Assembly: GCA_023254095.1 (NCBI GenBank)
Contig: JALNLM010000002.1
Coordinates: 64,001-128,000, forward strand
Reading direction: 5' to 3'
From: Candidatus Geocrenenecus huangii
GTDB taxonomy: Archaea; Thermoproteota; Nitrososphaeria_A; Caldarchaeales; Wolframiiraptoraceae
Length of the DNA: 64,000 bases
A program made the translations under genes and the position numbers. Below, piece by piece: positions 18,337 to 28,358 of this stretch (position 1 is the first letter of the stretch; the number at the start of each line of letters is the position of its first letter). Below the pieces are notes generated by a model. The model saw only the letters and a program-made list of their open reading frames with translations. It searched no databases and was not told where the DNA came from.

Positions 18337-19398
18337 ATGTCTGCTATAAATCTTGGAAGCCTCTATCCCGTGGTTCGTTCATACGCTTTGAAAGGAATGC
18401 TTCTCGAATATTCTGTGTATGAAGATCTAGCGAACTCTAAAAGTCTAGGAGAATTGGTTGATAAGCTGAGACCTACAGTATACGGCAACGTGTTAACGGA
18501 ACTTCCTAAACCATTAACTTCTGAGAATCTTGAAAAAATTTTTCAAACAAATCTGATAGAGGTAGAATATTCTCTAATAAGATATATTCCTAAAGCAATA
18601 TTCCTCAAAACATATTTCCTTAGACATGTTTATAGAAATCTTAAGACTATCTTGAAAGCTAGGGCTTTAGGAATACCATACGAGGAAGTATCTCCGAAAA
18701 TGAATCTTAGAGCTGAAGAACATCTCAAGATAAGAGATCTAGTTGTAAAAGCATTGGTTGAGAAAGACTTGGAAACAACTATAGAGAGTCTTAAGGGAAC
18801 GCAAATGTATCCAGATCTTAAAGGCGCACTAGAAGTTTATGAAAAAGAGAAAGACCCATTAATATTCGAGACATCTCTAGATAGGTCATTTTATGAGCAG
18901 TTATTAAGAGCGTTAAAGAAGACTAAAAGAGATGAGAGAAACCAGCTACTTCTTCTCTTAGTATACGAGATAGATGGATATATTCTAACCGCGGCTTTAA
19001 GGTCTAGGCTATGGAATCTTACGCCAGCTGAAACTAGAAAATTTATGTTATCTTCTGGAATTAAGTTCAGTAATAGGAAGATCGAGAAGGTAATCCATGC
19101 CACGAATATAGAAGAGGTTCTAAAAGAGTTAGAAGATACATACTATGAAGATTTGTTGAAAATAGTCGATCTATCCCGACCGTTAGAGACGATTAACTCG
19201 ATAGACTCATGGTTTAAAGAGGAAGCTGTAAAGAACGCTAGGAGAGCATTTCTACAAAGCGTATTCAAACTGGCGATAGTATACTCATTCATAAAACTGA
19301 AAGAGGTGGAAGTCAGGAATTTAACATCGATAGCTTTTGGAGTAGAGTATGGGCTGACGCCTTCCGAGATTCTGGAACCCCTCAGAAAAGTTATCTAG
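18337..19398 (+). CDS. atpC: A/V-type ATP synthase subunit C
   Basis: 'RSYALKGMLL', 'NLKTILKA', 'KEVEVRNLTSIAFG'. Confidence 0.88.
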   Translation: MSAINLGSLYPVVRSYALKGMLLEYSVYEDLANSKSLGELVDKLRPTVYGNVLTELPKPLTSENLEKIFQTNLIEVEYSLIRYIPKAIFLKTYFLRHVYRNLKTILKARALGIPYEEVSPKMNLRAEEHLKIRDLVVKALVEKDLETTIESLKGTQMYPDLKGALEVYEKEKDPLIFETSLDRSFYEQLLRALKKTKRDERNQLLLLLVYEIDGYILTAALRSRLWNLTPAETRKFMLSSGIKFSNRKIEKVIHATNIEEVLKELEDTYYEDLLKIVDLSRPLETINSIDSWFKEEAVKNARRAFLQSVFKLAIVYSFIKLKEVEVRNLTSIAFGVEYGLTPSEILEPLRKVI

Positions 19399-19422
19399 TA
19401 TTAGCATTATGCAAACCGGTCT

Positions 19423-19644
19423 ATGAGGAAACGAGTCTACAAAGTCGTTTTATGTAAGAATTGTGGCCACATCCAGATAACCTACGCGGAAAACAGCTAC
19501 CAATGTTTTAGATGTGGGACGATAATGGAATTGGAGAGCAGTAAAATAATCTTCAGAACTCTTGATTTGAAGAAGGCAAAAGAGAAGCTCATTGATCTAA
19601 AATCTATAAAACAACCAGAATTCAAGAAATTGAGTGGTCGTTAA
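19423..19644 (+). CDS. Small zinc-ribbon protein (DUF1922-like)
   Basis: CKNCG..CFRCG. Confidence 0.65.
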   Translation: MRKRVYKVVLCKNCGHIQITYAENSYQCFRCGTIMELESSKIIFRTLDLKKAKEKLIDLKSIKQPEFKKLSGR

Positions 19645-19732
19645 TGATCTAGGGGTCTCATCCGAATATATTTGAGAGTGATGTAAAGTAAAACTTTTTG
19701 TTTTTCCAGAGATCGTTATTATAGGAGATTTC

Positions 19733-20572
19733 ATGTTGCTAGGTGCGCATGTCTCGATATCTGGAACAATAGATAAGGCTGTCGATAGAGCACGAGAACT
19801 GGGTTGTAATACTTTCCAGGTATTTACTAGAAACCCGAGAGGATGGAAAGCCAAGAAACTTAGTGATGAAGAGATTGAAGAATTCAAAAGAAAGATGGAA
19901 GAATACAATTTTAGAGTCGCAGTCTCACATATGCCCTATCTTCCAAATATTTCTTCTCCCATTCAGCAAACATTCAAGAAATCTGTTTCATCCTTGATAC
20001 AAGAGCTTGAGAGAACCGGAGCGCTTGGGTTAAAATATCTAGTCGTACATATTGGAAGCCACCTAGGTAAGGGTCTTGATAACGGAATTAAGAAAGCGGC
20101 GGAAGCAGTTAATACAGCTCTCAACAAAGTAGATAACAACGTAATGATATTGCTGGAAAATATGGCTGGACAGAAAAACAGCGTAGGCTCAAGATTTGAA
20201 GATATTAAGAGAATACTAAATTTGATAGCGTATCCAGACCGGGTCGGAGTATGCATGGATACCTGTCATGCTTTCGCAGCAGGATACGATTTCAGGACTG
20301 GAGATGCGATAGAGAATACTCTCAGAGATTTTGACGAGATCATAGGCTTAAAATTACTGAAAGTCGTACACATTAATGATTCTAAAGGAGACCTTGGAAG
20401 CCATCTAGATAGGCATGAACACATAGGGTTGGGGAAGATAGGTGATAAAGGTTTTAGAGAATTATTCCATAACCCTCATATTAGAGAGCTACCGTTGATT
20501 CTGGAGACCCCGGTAGATTCTAGAGGAAATTTTGCAACAAATCTAGCTAAGTGTAGAGAGCTTTATCTCTAA
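19733..20572 (+). CDS. nfo: Endonuclease IV (AP endonuclease)
   Basis: GAHVS, HMPY, ENMAG, DTCH, HINDS, DRHEH, ETP. Confidence 0.96.
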   Translation: MLLGAHVSISGTIDKAVDRARELGCNTFQVFTRNPRGWKAKKLSDEEIEEFKRKMEEYNFRVAVSHMPYLPNISSPIQQTFKKSVSSLIQELERTGALGLKYLVVHIGSHLGKGLDNGIKKAAEAVNTALNKVDNNVMILLENMAGQKNSVGSRFEDIKRILNLIAYPDRVGVCMDTCHAFAAGYDFRTGDAIENTLRDFDEIIGLKLLKVVHINDSKGDLGSHLDRHEHIGLGKIGDKGFRELFHNPHIRELPLILETPVDSRGNFATNLAKCRELYL

Positions 20573-20586
20573 AGCAGTGTATTGAC

Positions 20587-21024
20587 ATGATAACTCTTTC
20601 AAGATTCATCTCGAAGATACTGAAGCGGTTATTTTCTGCGGAATTTATCAAATTCAACATTGTTGGCGCAATAGGGGTCATCGTCAACATGTGTTCATAT
20701 ATTTTGTTTAAGGACTGGCTTCTAGTACACTACATGGTTGCTGGAGCACTAGCTACAGAAATCTCGATAATCAACAATTTCATTCTTAACGATATATGGA
20801 CTTTCAAGAATAGGAACCCGAAAATGGGTTTATTGTTGAGGGCGGGGGTATTCCATCTCTCACGTCTCTTCGGAATGGGCGTAACTCTCGGATCACTGTA
20901 TGTTCTGGTAGACCTACTCAAGCTGAATGATCTTTTAGCCTACTTTATCAGTACAGGTTTAGGCGTTTTAGCCAACTTCTATACTAGCGATGTGTATGTT
21001 TGGTCTCAGGAGAAGCCGGTCTAG
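20587..21024 (+). CDS. GtrA-family membrane protein
   Basis: 'FIKFNIVG', 'NNFILNDIWTF'. Confidence 0.85.
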   Translation: MITLSRFISKILKRLFSAEFIKFNIVGAIGVIVNMCSYILFKDWLLVHYMVAGALATEISIINNFILNDIWTFKNRNPKMGLLLRAGVFHLSRLFGMGVTLGSLYVLVDLLKLNDLLAYFISTGLGVLANFYTSDVYVWSQEKPV

Positions 21025-21592
21025 CCACCTGCACCCTCTTAATCGTTGACGTTAAAGTATTTAGTATCCCTAGTTTATCAAGCGTCAGAATTACTATATA
21101 TCCTATTATTGAGCCTGGTATTGAACTGGCAGCCCAACCTGCCCAGAAGATAGGAAGCACGGCTAGAATACCTTGCTTTTCGATCAATCCGACAAGTCTT
21201 ACGTCACCTATCAGAGGAGCTAGGATAAGTAGTGAAAATGTCCCACCTATCAAGACTGTGCCTACTGGTTCAAGGAAAGCTATAGAATATTTTATGAATC
21301 TATTCTTTACATTTTTAGTAAGCCTATATCCTAGTCCTACAAGTACTGCTCCAGGTATTCCTCCTGGGAAAGCATATAATGTTCCTATTCCAAGCATGTT
21401 CCTCATCGTTCCAATTAGTATTGCTGCGACAGCGCCCCACCATGGTCCAATTGTTATGCCGCTTAATACATTTATGAAATGTTGTGTAGGGTATGCCTTC
21501 GTCGTTATGAACTGAAACCACAGGAATGGTGACAGGGATACTCCTAGCGCAGCATAGATAGCTAATAAAGATATCTTCTTGCTTTCGACCAT
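20984..21592 (-). CDS. thiW: ECF S-component ThiW (thiazole uptake)
   Basis: 'PTQHFINV', 'RNMLGIGTLYAFPG', 'EPVGT'. Confidence 0.88.
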   Translation of the reverse strand: MVESKKISLLAIYAALGVSLSPFLWFQFITTKAYPTQHFINVLSGITIGPWWGAVAAILIGTMRNMLGIGTLYAFPGGIPGAVLVGLGYRLTKNVKNRFIKYSIAFLEPVGTVLIGGTFSLLILAPLIGDVRLVGLIEKQGILAVLPIFWAGWAASSIPGSIIGYIVILTLDKLGILNTLTSTIKRVQVARPASPETKHTHR

Positions 21593-21801
21593 TCCATTAA
21601 TGCGGATGGTTAGACATCCTTATAAGTTATAATATAAGCAGCTTATTCCCTTATTTTAATTCTCTTAATGATAATTCGCGAAAATAGTTTAATTCCTAAT
21701 AATTTCTAGAATGTTCTCCGCATCAATTTAACACATCGGCTATATACAATACTCCATAGTAAGATTCTTAGTGTAGCCAGGCCTACTAGTAAGTTGAGGG
21801 A

Positions 21802-23127
21802 ATGTATAAAAAGAAAGTAATAATAATGGGTGCAGCGGGAAGAGATTTTCACAACTTCAATATGTACTTTAGGGATAACCCGCTATACGAGGTGGTTGCT
21901 TTTACTTCTGCTCAGATACCTGGATTGAGTGGTAGAATGTACCCGCCTGAGCTCGCTGGAGATAGATATCCTAACGGCATACCGATATATCCTGAAGAAA
22001 TGCTCTCAGAGTTGATAAAGAAATACGATGTAGATCTAGTCGTTCTATCTTATAGTGATTTAACACATGAAGATGTAATGCATAAAGCTTCCCGGGTCTT
22101 GGCTGCAGGAGCAGACTTCATGCTTCTCGGCACAAAGAGTACTATGATTAAGCCAAAGATACCTGTGATAGCAGTAACAGCCGTGAGAACTGGTGCAGGT
22201 AAAAGTACAGTGACGAGGAGATTGGCATCCATACTGAAGAAACATAACGTGAAATTTAACATTGTTAGGCACCCTATGCCCTATAGCAGGATGTTAAAGT
22301 ACAGAGTACAGAAATTCTGCTCATTCGAGGACCTTGACCGATATGAATGTACTATTGAAGAAAGAGAAGAATATGAGCCGCATATAGAGATGGGGAACAC
22401 AGTTTACGCAGGAGTAGACTACATGGAAGTTTTAAGAGAAGCATCGAGAGACGTTGATATAATTTTATGGGATGGGGGAAATAACGATTTTCCATTCTTT
22501 AAGCCGGCACTGTATATCGCGGTTGCAGACGCTCTTAGACCAGGTCAAGAAATCTCAACCTATCCGGGAGAAGTAAATGTTAGAATGGCCGACGTCATAA
22601 TAATAAATAAAATAGATTCAGCATCTCAGGAAAACATAATGAGGATCGAGGAAAACGTTAGGAGAATAAATAACTCTGCATTGATAATCAAAGCATCTTC
22701 CAAGCTCTATGTATCTAATCCTGAAGCTATAAGAGGGAAGAGGGTTCTCGTAATCGAAGATGGCCCAACCGTGACCCATGGAGGCATGAGCTACTCTATA
22801 GGATTAATTGCTGCAAAGATGTATGATGCTAGAGAAGTTGTCGACCCGAGAGATTACGCAGTGGGATCTATAAGAGAGGTCTACCAAGTGTACAACCATT
22901 TAGGCCCTGTTCTCCCAGCGATGGGATATACGAAGGAGCAGATTAGAGAACTTCAAGAAACAGTCAATAATATTAGCTGTGATCTTGTCGTACTCGGCAC
23001 ACCGATAGACCTTGGAAGATTGATAAGGTTTGAGAAGCCGTATGTTAAGGTTAGATATGAACTCATAGAGGTAGGTAAGCCAGACCTCGAAGATATCTTT
23101 AGACAATATGGAATATTGAAGAGCTGA
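21802..23127 (+). CDS. COG2403 cyclic-2,3-diphosphoglycerate synthetase-like ATPase; probable arginine synthetase (ArcE-type)
   Basis: 'GAAGRDFHNFN', 'RTGAGKS', 'RHPMPY', 'EEREEYE', 'WDGGNND', 'EDGPT.THG'. Confidence 0.8.
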   Translation: MYKKKVIIMGAAGRDFHNFNMYFRDNPLYEVVAFTSAQIPGLSGRMYPPELAGDRYPNGIPIYPEEMLSELIKKYDVDLVVLSYSDLTHEDVMHKASRVLAAGADFMLLGTKSTMIKPKIPVIAVTAVRTGAGKSTVTRRLASILKKHNVKFNIVRHPMPYSRMLKYRVQKFCSFEDLDRYECTIEEREEYEPHIEMGNTVYAGVDYMEVLREASRDVDIILWDGGNNDFPFFKPALYIAVADALRPGQEISTYPGEVNVRMADVIIINKIDSASQENIMRIEENVRRINNSALIIKASSKLYVSNPEAIRGKRVLVIEDGPTVTHGGMSYSIGLIAAKMYDAREVVDPRDYAVGSIREVYQVYNHLGPVLPAMGYTKEQIRELQETVNNISCDLVVLGTPIDLGRLIRFEKPYVKVRYELIEVGKPDLEDIFRQYGILKS

Positions 23128-23133
23128 AGATTC

Positions 23134-23673
23134 TTGAAGGAATTCCTCGGGAAAAAGACTCTACTTGTGGGAGACGTCGGTTCAGGTAAAACATCCTTTC
23201 TCGCAGAATTCTTGAAATACTTAATAGAGAACAATTATTCAGATGATGTAACGGTAATCGACATAGCTCCAGCAAGGATTCAGGGGATAGGAGGAGCAAT
23301 AAGAGATTATACAGATTATGTCTCAAGAATAAGATATCTTAGATCGGAGAGAATTTGGGCTCCCAGATTGATTGGGAAGAATAGAGAAGAAGTTTTAAGA
23401 TATGCTGAGGAGAACAGAACGAACATCGAGCCTCTAATCGACGTCTACTTGTCTAATCCTAGTAGAATACTCCTAATGAATGATTTAACAATCTATCTGC
23501 ATGCAGGTGATGTTGAAAGAGTCCTCGAATTGATGAATACAGCAGAAACCTTTATGGCCACAGCATACGAAGGCATAAGACTTGAAGAGGATAAGAACAG
23601 TGGCATAACCGAGAGGGAGAGAAGACTGCTAAATATCTTGAAAGAAAAAGCAGACATCGTTAAGAAATTCTAG
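23134..23673 (+). CDS. Small uncharacterised P-loop NTPase
   Basis: Walker A 'GDVGSGKT'; 'LLMNDL' Walker B-like. Confidence 0.7.
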   Translation: MKEFLGKKTLLVGDVGSGKTSFLAEFLKYLIENNYSDDVTVIDIAPARIQGIGGAIRDYTDYVSRIRYLRSERIWAPRLIGKNREEVLRYAEENRTNIEPLIDVYLSNPSRILLMNDLTIYLHAGDVERVLELMNTAETFMATAYEGIRLEEDKNSGITERERRLLNILKEKADIVKKF

Positions 23674-23728
23674 CATGGCTTGACAAAATAGAGATATATT
23701 AAAGATGATGGATTATCTATGATAGAGT

Positions 23729-25087
23729 ATGAAGATCCCTAAAGCCTTAACTATTGCTGGCTCAGACTCCGGTGGAGGAGCAGGTATTCAGGCAGACTTA
23801 AAGACTTTCGCAGCCTTAGGCGTTCACGGCATGTCTGCCATAACAGCTATAACAGCTCAGAATACGAAGACGGTAACCATGATCCATGACGTCCCAGTCG
23901 AGATGGTCCGTGAACAGATTAGAGTTATAGTTGAAGATATAGGGGTAGACGCGGTGAAGACAGGGATGCTTCATACCATGGAGATCATTTCGGCTGTTGC
24001 AGATGAACTGCAGAAGATTGATGTTCCAATAGTGGTGGATCCTGTAATGGTTGCGAAGAGCGGCGCAAGATTGTTAAGAGAAGATGCGGTGAATACTCTA
24101 ACCAGAAAGTTGGTTCCTCTAGCCACTGTCATAACGCCTAATGCTAGGGAAGCCGAGGTGTTGGCTGGGTTCGAGATTAGAGATATTGAGGACCAGAAGA
24201 AGGCGGCTAAAGCGATTGCATCTATAGGTCCAAGAGCCGTAGTTGTTAAAGGAGGCCACATGGAAGGAGATAAGACCGTGGACGTACTGTATTATCGTGG
24301 AGAATTCGAGTTCTTTACAGGAAGCCGCATCGTTACCAAGAATACGCATGGGACTGGATGTACATTTGCTTCAGCTATAGCTGCGCAGCTTGCCAAGGGA
24401 TACAGCATACTTGAAGCCGTTAGAACAGCTAAAGAATTTGTTTTAGATGCTATCAAGTATGGTCTACCTATAGGTGGAGGTCATGGCCCCGTAAATCCAA
24501 CTCGTAGGATCGTTAAAGAAGCTCGGAAGTTTAGAGTTTTGGAAAATTTGAGAAAAGCGGTAGAAGTAATAGAGAAGTCTGATTGGGTAAGCATGTTTAT
24601 ACCTGAATCGCAAAGTAATATCGTAATGGCGATAGAAGATCCAGAGAGCATAGAAGATGTTGCAGGGATACCCGGTAGGATCGTTAAGATAAACGGCAGG
24701 GTCAAGGCGTCTTCACATCCATGGTTTAATTCTTCACGTCACGTAGCTTCAGCCGTCTTAACTTTGATGAAGCATAATCCAAGCATTAGATCTGCAATGA
24801 ACATAAAATATGATGATAGTATTATCTCTGCTGCAAGAGAACTTGGGTACGTTATAGGCAATTATGATAGACGAGAGGAACCCCAAGAAGTCAAGAAAGT
24901 TGAAGGCATGACGGTGCCTTGGGGGATTGAGACGGCTTTAAAGAAGATTGGATGGAAGACGCCCGACCTAATATACCATAGGGGAGACTGGGGGAAGGAA
25001 CCGATGATAATAGTATTCGGAGAAGACCCGTTGAAAGTCATCGAGAAGATAGAGAATATAGCTAAAAAGATCGAAAAGAAGATCTAG
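23729..25087 (+). CDS. thiDN: Bifunctional HMP/HMP-P kinase ThiD fused to thiamine-phosphate synthase ThiN
   Basis: 'GSDSGGGAGIQADLK', 'THGTGC'; C-terminal 'PESQSN..PGRI..S.HVA..GKEPMI'. Confidence 0.95.
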   Translation: MKIPKALTIAGSDSGGGAGIQADLKTFAALGVHGMSAITAITAQNTKTVTMIHDVPVEMVREQIRVIVEDIGVDAVKTGMLHTMEIISAVADELQKIDVPIVVDPVMVAKSGARLLREDAVNTLTRKLVPLATVITPNAREAEVLAGFEIRDIEDQKKAAKAIASIGPRAVVVKGGHMEGDKTVDVLYYRGEFEFFTGSRIVTKNTHGTGCTFASAIAAQLAKGYSILEAVRTAKEFVLDAIKYGLPIGGGHGPVNPTRRIVKEARKFRVLENLRKAVEVIEKSDWVSMFIPESQSNIVMAIEDPESIEDVAGIPGRIVKINGRVKASSHPWFNSSRHVASAVLTLMKHNPSIRSAMNIKYDDSIISAARELGYVIGNYDRREEPQEVKKVEGMTVPWGIETALKKIGWKTPDLIYHRGDWGKEPMIIVFGEDPLKVIEKIENIAKKIEKKI

Positions 25088-25120
25088 TATGCCGCTTCTA
25101 CGAAGCAAGAGGCTAGATCT
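25080..25120. terminator. Hairpin between convergent thiDN and PINA genes
   Basis: AGATCTAG..CTAGATCT outer stem, GCTTC-TAC-GAAGC inner stem, followed by a T-rich tract. Confidence 0.3.
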
Positions 25121-25158
25121 AAGTTAATTTTCTCTACTTTTTCGCTGCCTACCCCACA

Positions 25159-26679
25159 TCACCTAGGTAGTGCCTCAAGATTTACTTCAAGCCTTCTCGC
25201 TAACTTCAGTATCTTATTCTGACATTTTCTAAGATAGGTTCTATAGTATCTTTCAGGGATATAGATTCTCACCGTATCTCCATCTTCCTCAACCCTAAAT
25301 TCTGGAAGATACTTGCGTAGAAAACTGCTTATCTGTCTAGTAGGCGTGCTGACTTCTTCCCCGAACTTCTTCACAGGTACTACGAATGTTCTCTCACCGA
25401 AGACATATAATTCGTATTTTGGCTCTCCTGATAAGAAGTCTTTAACGATAACCGTCGGTCTTGCAAGATCTGCCTTCTTTAGACCTGCGGGCACCTTCAC
25501 CGTCATCTCGAGAGTGTATATCTCTGCCACTTCTCCTTTATCCATGAAGATTACAGTATCTATGATGGATGGTAAGACTCCTACATCTACTTTGTTAGCG
25601 ATTCTTTGTATAGCATCTATAGGTGTGGTTGCATGGATTACTCCAACCATCCCTATTCCTGCAAACCTTAAGTCTATGAAGAGGTCAAAGTCTTCCGTGC
25701 TCCTAATCTCATCAAAGATCGTGTAATCTGGTCTACTGAGTAAGAGCACGTCATGTAGTTCATCTTCTCTAGAAGCAGACTTGGAATACTGGGTAATATC
25801 TGGGGAGACGTGAAGATCCCTCGGACTCTCAATAGTCTTGACAATCTTACTCATCTGCCTATAGTGTTCAGCGAGAGATTGCGCGAAAGTTGATTTACCC
25901 ATTCCAGGTGGTCCAGCTATTAGTATTCCTTCAGCATGGTTTTCAAGTCTCTCGACTACTTCTGGAGGCAGTCGATAGTCTCTTAAGTTCTTTCTAAGAA
26001 TAGGTCTAACGATTGTAATCTCGAATCCATCCGAGAAAGGTGGTCTAGTAGCGACTACCCTATAATCTCTAAGCTGGAAAATCTTTACACCCGGTTTATC
26101 GACTTCTAGGAAAGCATTTACCCCAAAGGATGTATAGGCTTCTTTCATCAAGTGGGCTATAAGCAGTTCTAGTTCTTCACGGTTCATAGGCTTATCAGAT
26201 ACTTCTTGAAGTCTCCACCTACCTGGAACCCCTCTCTTAACCCTCGGGGGTAACCCCTCTTTTAAATGGACGCTCATAATGTCTTCAGAAAACAGATCAT
26301 CTATCTTGAAGGGAGGCGGAGGTAGCTCATATACTACTCTTACACCTATTGATTCTGCTAATTTAGCAGTCGTGGGGTCGCAGGTAACCAAGTTCGCATT
26401 CAGCTTCTTTGCTTCATCGATTATGCTCAACCTAATATTCTCGACGTCGTCTCCGAGTCTTCCACCATATATTATCTCGACACCTCGGCTTCTACAAACC
26501 TCTTCTAATTCTTCCAACCCGCTTATAGCTAGAGTATCTCCTTCAGATGCTTGCTTCTCTATATCCATCAATACTATTCTATGGATTACTAACCTTCCTT
26601 TAAGCAACCCCTCTCTCACTAGATGTGATGCTGACTTAAGCATGATAGCTGAAAGATCTATTAGCGATACTTCGTCCAT
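25159..26679 (-). CDS. PINA-type ATPase (PIN + VirB11/PilT ATPase + KH-like tail)
   Basis: 'MSVHLKEG', 'RPPFSDG.EIT', 'GPPGMGKSTFA', 'ESPRDL', 'DLARP'. Confidence 0.9.
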   Translation of the reverse strand: MDEVSLIDLSAIMLKSASHLVREGLLKGRLVIHRIVLMDIEKQASEGDTLAISGLEELEEVCRSRGVEIIYGGRLGDDVENIRLSIIDEAKKLNANLVTCDPTTAKLAESIGVRVVYELPPPPFKIDDLFSEDIMSVHLKEGLPPRVKRGVPGRWRLQEVSDKPMNREELELLIAHLMKEAYTSFGVNAFLEVDKPGVKIFQLRDYRVVATRPPFSDGFEITIVRPILRKNLRDYRLPPEVVERLENHAEGILIAGPPGMGKSTFAQSLAEHYRQMSKIVKTIESPRDLHVSPDITQYSKSASREDELHDVLLLSRPDYTIFDEIRSTEDFDLFIDLRFAGIGMVGVIHATTPIDAIQRIANKVDVGVLPSIIDTVIFMDKGEVAEIYTLEMTVKVPAGLKKADLARPTVIVKDFLSGEPKYELYVFGERTFVVPVKKFGEEVSTPTRQISSFLRKYLPEFRVEEDGDTVRIYIPERYYRTYLRKCQNKILKLARRLEVNLEALPR

Positions 26680-26806
26680 CTATTATTCGACCGTTCTTCC
26701 TATCTTACCCATCATGCGCTACCTAATAAATTCCACCGTCTCATTTGAGCCAACTTTCTACAAACATGTCAAGAACAATTATAAGATTATAAGATAAGTA
26801 GAGGGC

Positions 26807-27085
26807 TCAGCTTCTAGTCTTTTCGATCCTATACTTAACGATGAATTTATCATCTTCAACTTGCTCATATTTTTCTAGAGTAGCTTTATACTCATCTGTT
26901 ACCCTCTCCAATTCATAGACGAAATCTTCTAGATAATCCGTGAAACCACATGTATAGCATAGTTTACCGGAAATCTCCAGTGCTAGCTCAGCACCATCTA
27001 TCTTCAGGATCCTAGCTTTCGCTACCGCCCCTCTATACTTATTATATTCTTTAACTGTTTCCTTAACGACCCGATCCATCTTCAT
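26807..27085 (-). CDS. Small hypothetical protein with CxxC motif
   Basis: 'YNKYRG..ISGKLCYTCGFTDYLEDF'. Confidence 0.7.
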   Translation of the reverse strand: MKMDRVVKETVKEYNKYRGAVAKARILKIDGAELALEISGKLCYTCGFTDYLEDFVYELERVTDEYKATLEKYEQVEDDKFIVKYRIEKTRS

Positions 27086-27135
27086 ATCTCCAGGATAGCT
27101 GAAAATTCAACTTTTTAAGTTTTCCCTATAACATT

Positions 27136-28197
27136 ATGAAGAGAGAATTGGAAGAAAGGATGGCGGTTAAGATAGAGAAGTCTAGGGCTGAAGAAGTGAG
27201 AAGGAGGCTAACACAATTAGAGATTATGGATAACGATTTCAAACCGAAGATAGATGGAGACTACGTTTACTTTCCACTTAAAAAAGTGAGCAGACTCGAT
27301 CTTCTAACTAGAGACTATCCAATAGAAATTGTTCAAGCCTTCTTCGAAAGACGTTGGAAGAAGCCTAGAAGTCTTAGAGAAGCCCTGCAAAACATTCTCC
27401 CAGAAGAGCTCCTTCGATATATCCCTTCGTCTATTGACCTAGTTGGAGATATAGCCATAATCCAGATACCTAGAGAACTTGAAGATTATAGTGGAGAGAT
27501 TGGGAGAGCGGTTATGGAGATCTATCCACGTGTTAAGACTGTTCTCTCAAAGCAGGGTGAAACGGTTGGGGAATACAGGATAAGGATGTTTAAGATTATT
27601 GGAGGCGGACCGGATACTGAGACTATTCATAGAGAACATGGATGCATTTATAAGCTAGACTTGATGAGAGCGTTCTTCAATCCTAGAATGAGTGGAGAAA
27701 GATTGAGAATTGCGCAACAGGTTAGAGATGGTGAGAACGTCTTAGACATGTTTGCAGGAGTAGGCCCCTTCTCAATCCTGATAGCAAAGCGGAATCCGAC
27801 GGTGAAAATTATAGCTACAGAGGTAAACCCTGAAGCATACAGATATCTTTCAACAAACATAGTACTAAACAAAGTTGAAGATAGAGTTAGAGCTATTCAT
27901 GGAGATGTGAGAACGGTACTGAAGAATATCAACGTGAACTTTGATAGGATAATCATGGACCTCCCGTATAGCTCTCTCGATTACCTAGACTTTGCATTGA
28001 GTAGATTAAAAGAGAAGGGGGTAGTGAATATGTATCTCGTTGAAGGAGGGGTGGACTCTGTGAAGAAGGCTCATGACAAGGTAACAGAGCTAGCTGGAAA
28101 ACTAGGATATAAAATAGTAATAGCTTATTCTCGTCAAGTACTTGAAGTTGCACCCCTAAAATCTATTATAGCGTTAGACCTGACAAAGAGAAGTTAA
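27136..28197 (+). CDS. trm5: tRNA m1G37 methyltransferase Trm5 family
   Basis: 'DLVGDIAI', 'TIHREHG', 'DMFAGVGPF', 'DRIIMDLP'. Confidence 0.9.
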   Translation: MKRELEERMAVKIEKSRAEEVRRRLTQLEIMDNDFKPKIDGDYVYFPLKKVSRLDLLTRDYPIEIVQAFFERRWKKPRSLREALQNILPEELLRYIPSSIDLVGDIAIIQIPRELEDYSGEIGRAVMEIYPRVKTVLSKQGETVGEYRIRMFKIIGGGPDTETIHREHGCIYKLDLMRAFFNPRMSGERLRIAQQVRDGENVLDMFAGVGPFSILIAKRNPTVKIIATEVNPEAYRYLSTNIVLNKVEDRVRAIHGDVRTVLKNINVNFDRIIMDLPYSSLDYLDFALSRLKEKGVVNMYLVEGGVDSVKKAHDKVTELAGKLGYKIVIAYSRQVLEVAPLKSIIALDLTKRS

Positions 28198-28358
28198 ATG
28201 TGAGGGAACTTGTCTGACTCAACCTTGTACATAGGATAATCTCGTATCAACATCTTCTAAGCCTTATTCGACGAAGTCTTCTTGATGAGAAGATTCTATC
28301 GAAGATAATGATTTATACACCTCGTAGTCTCTATACATTTTGGAGAGTTGAGAGGTAG

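Noticed and set aside
21593-21801. TPP riboswitch upstream of thiW
   Set aside because: AT-rich spacer with no recognisable TPP aptamer core
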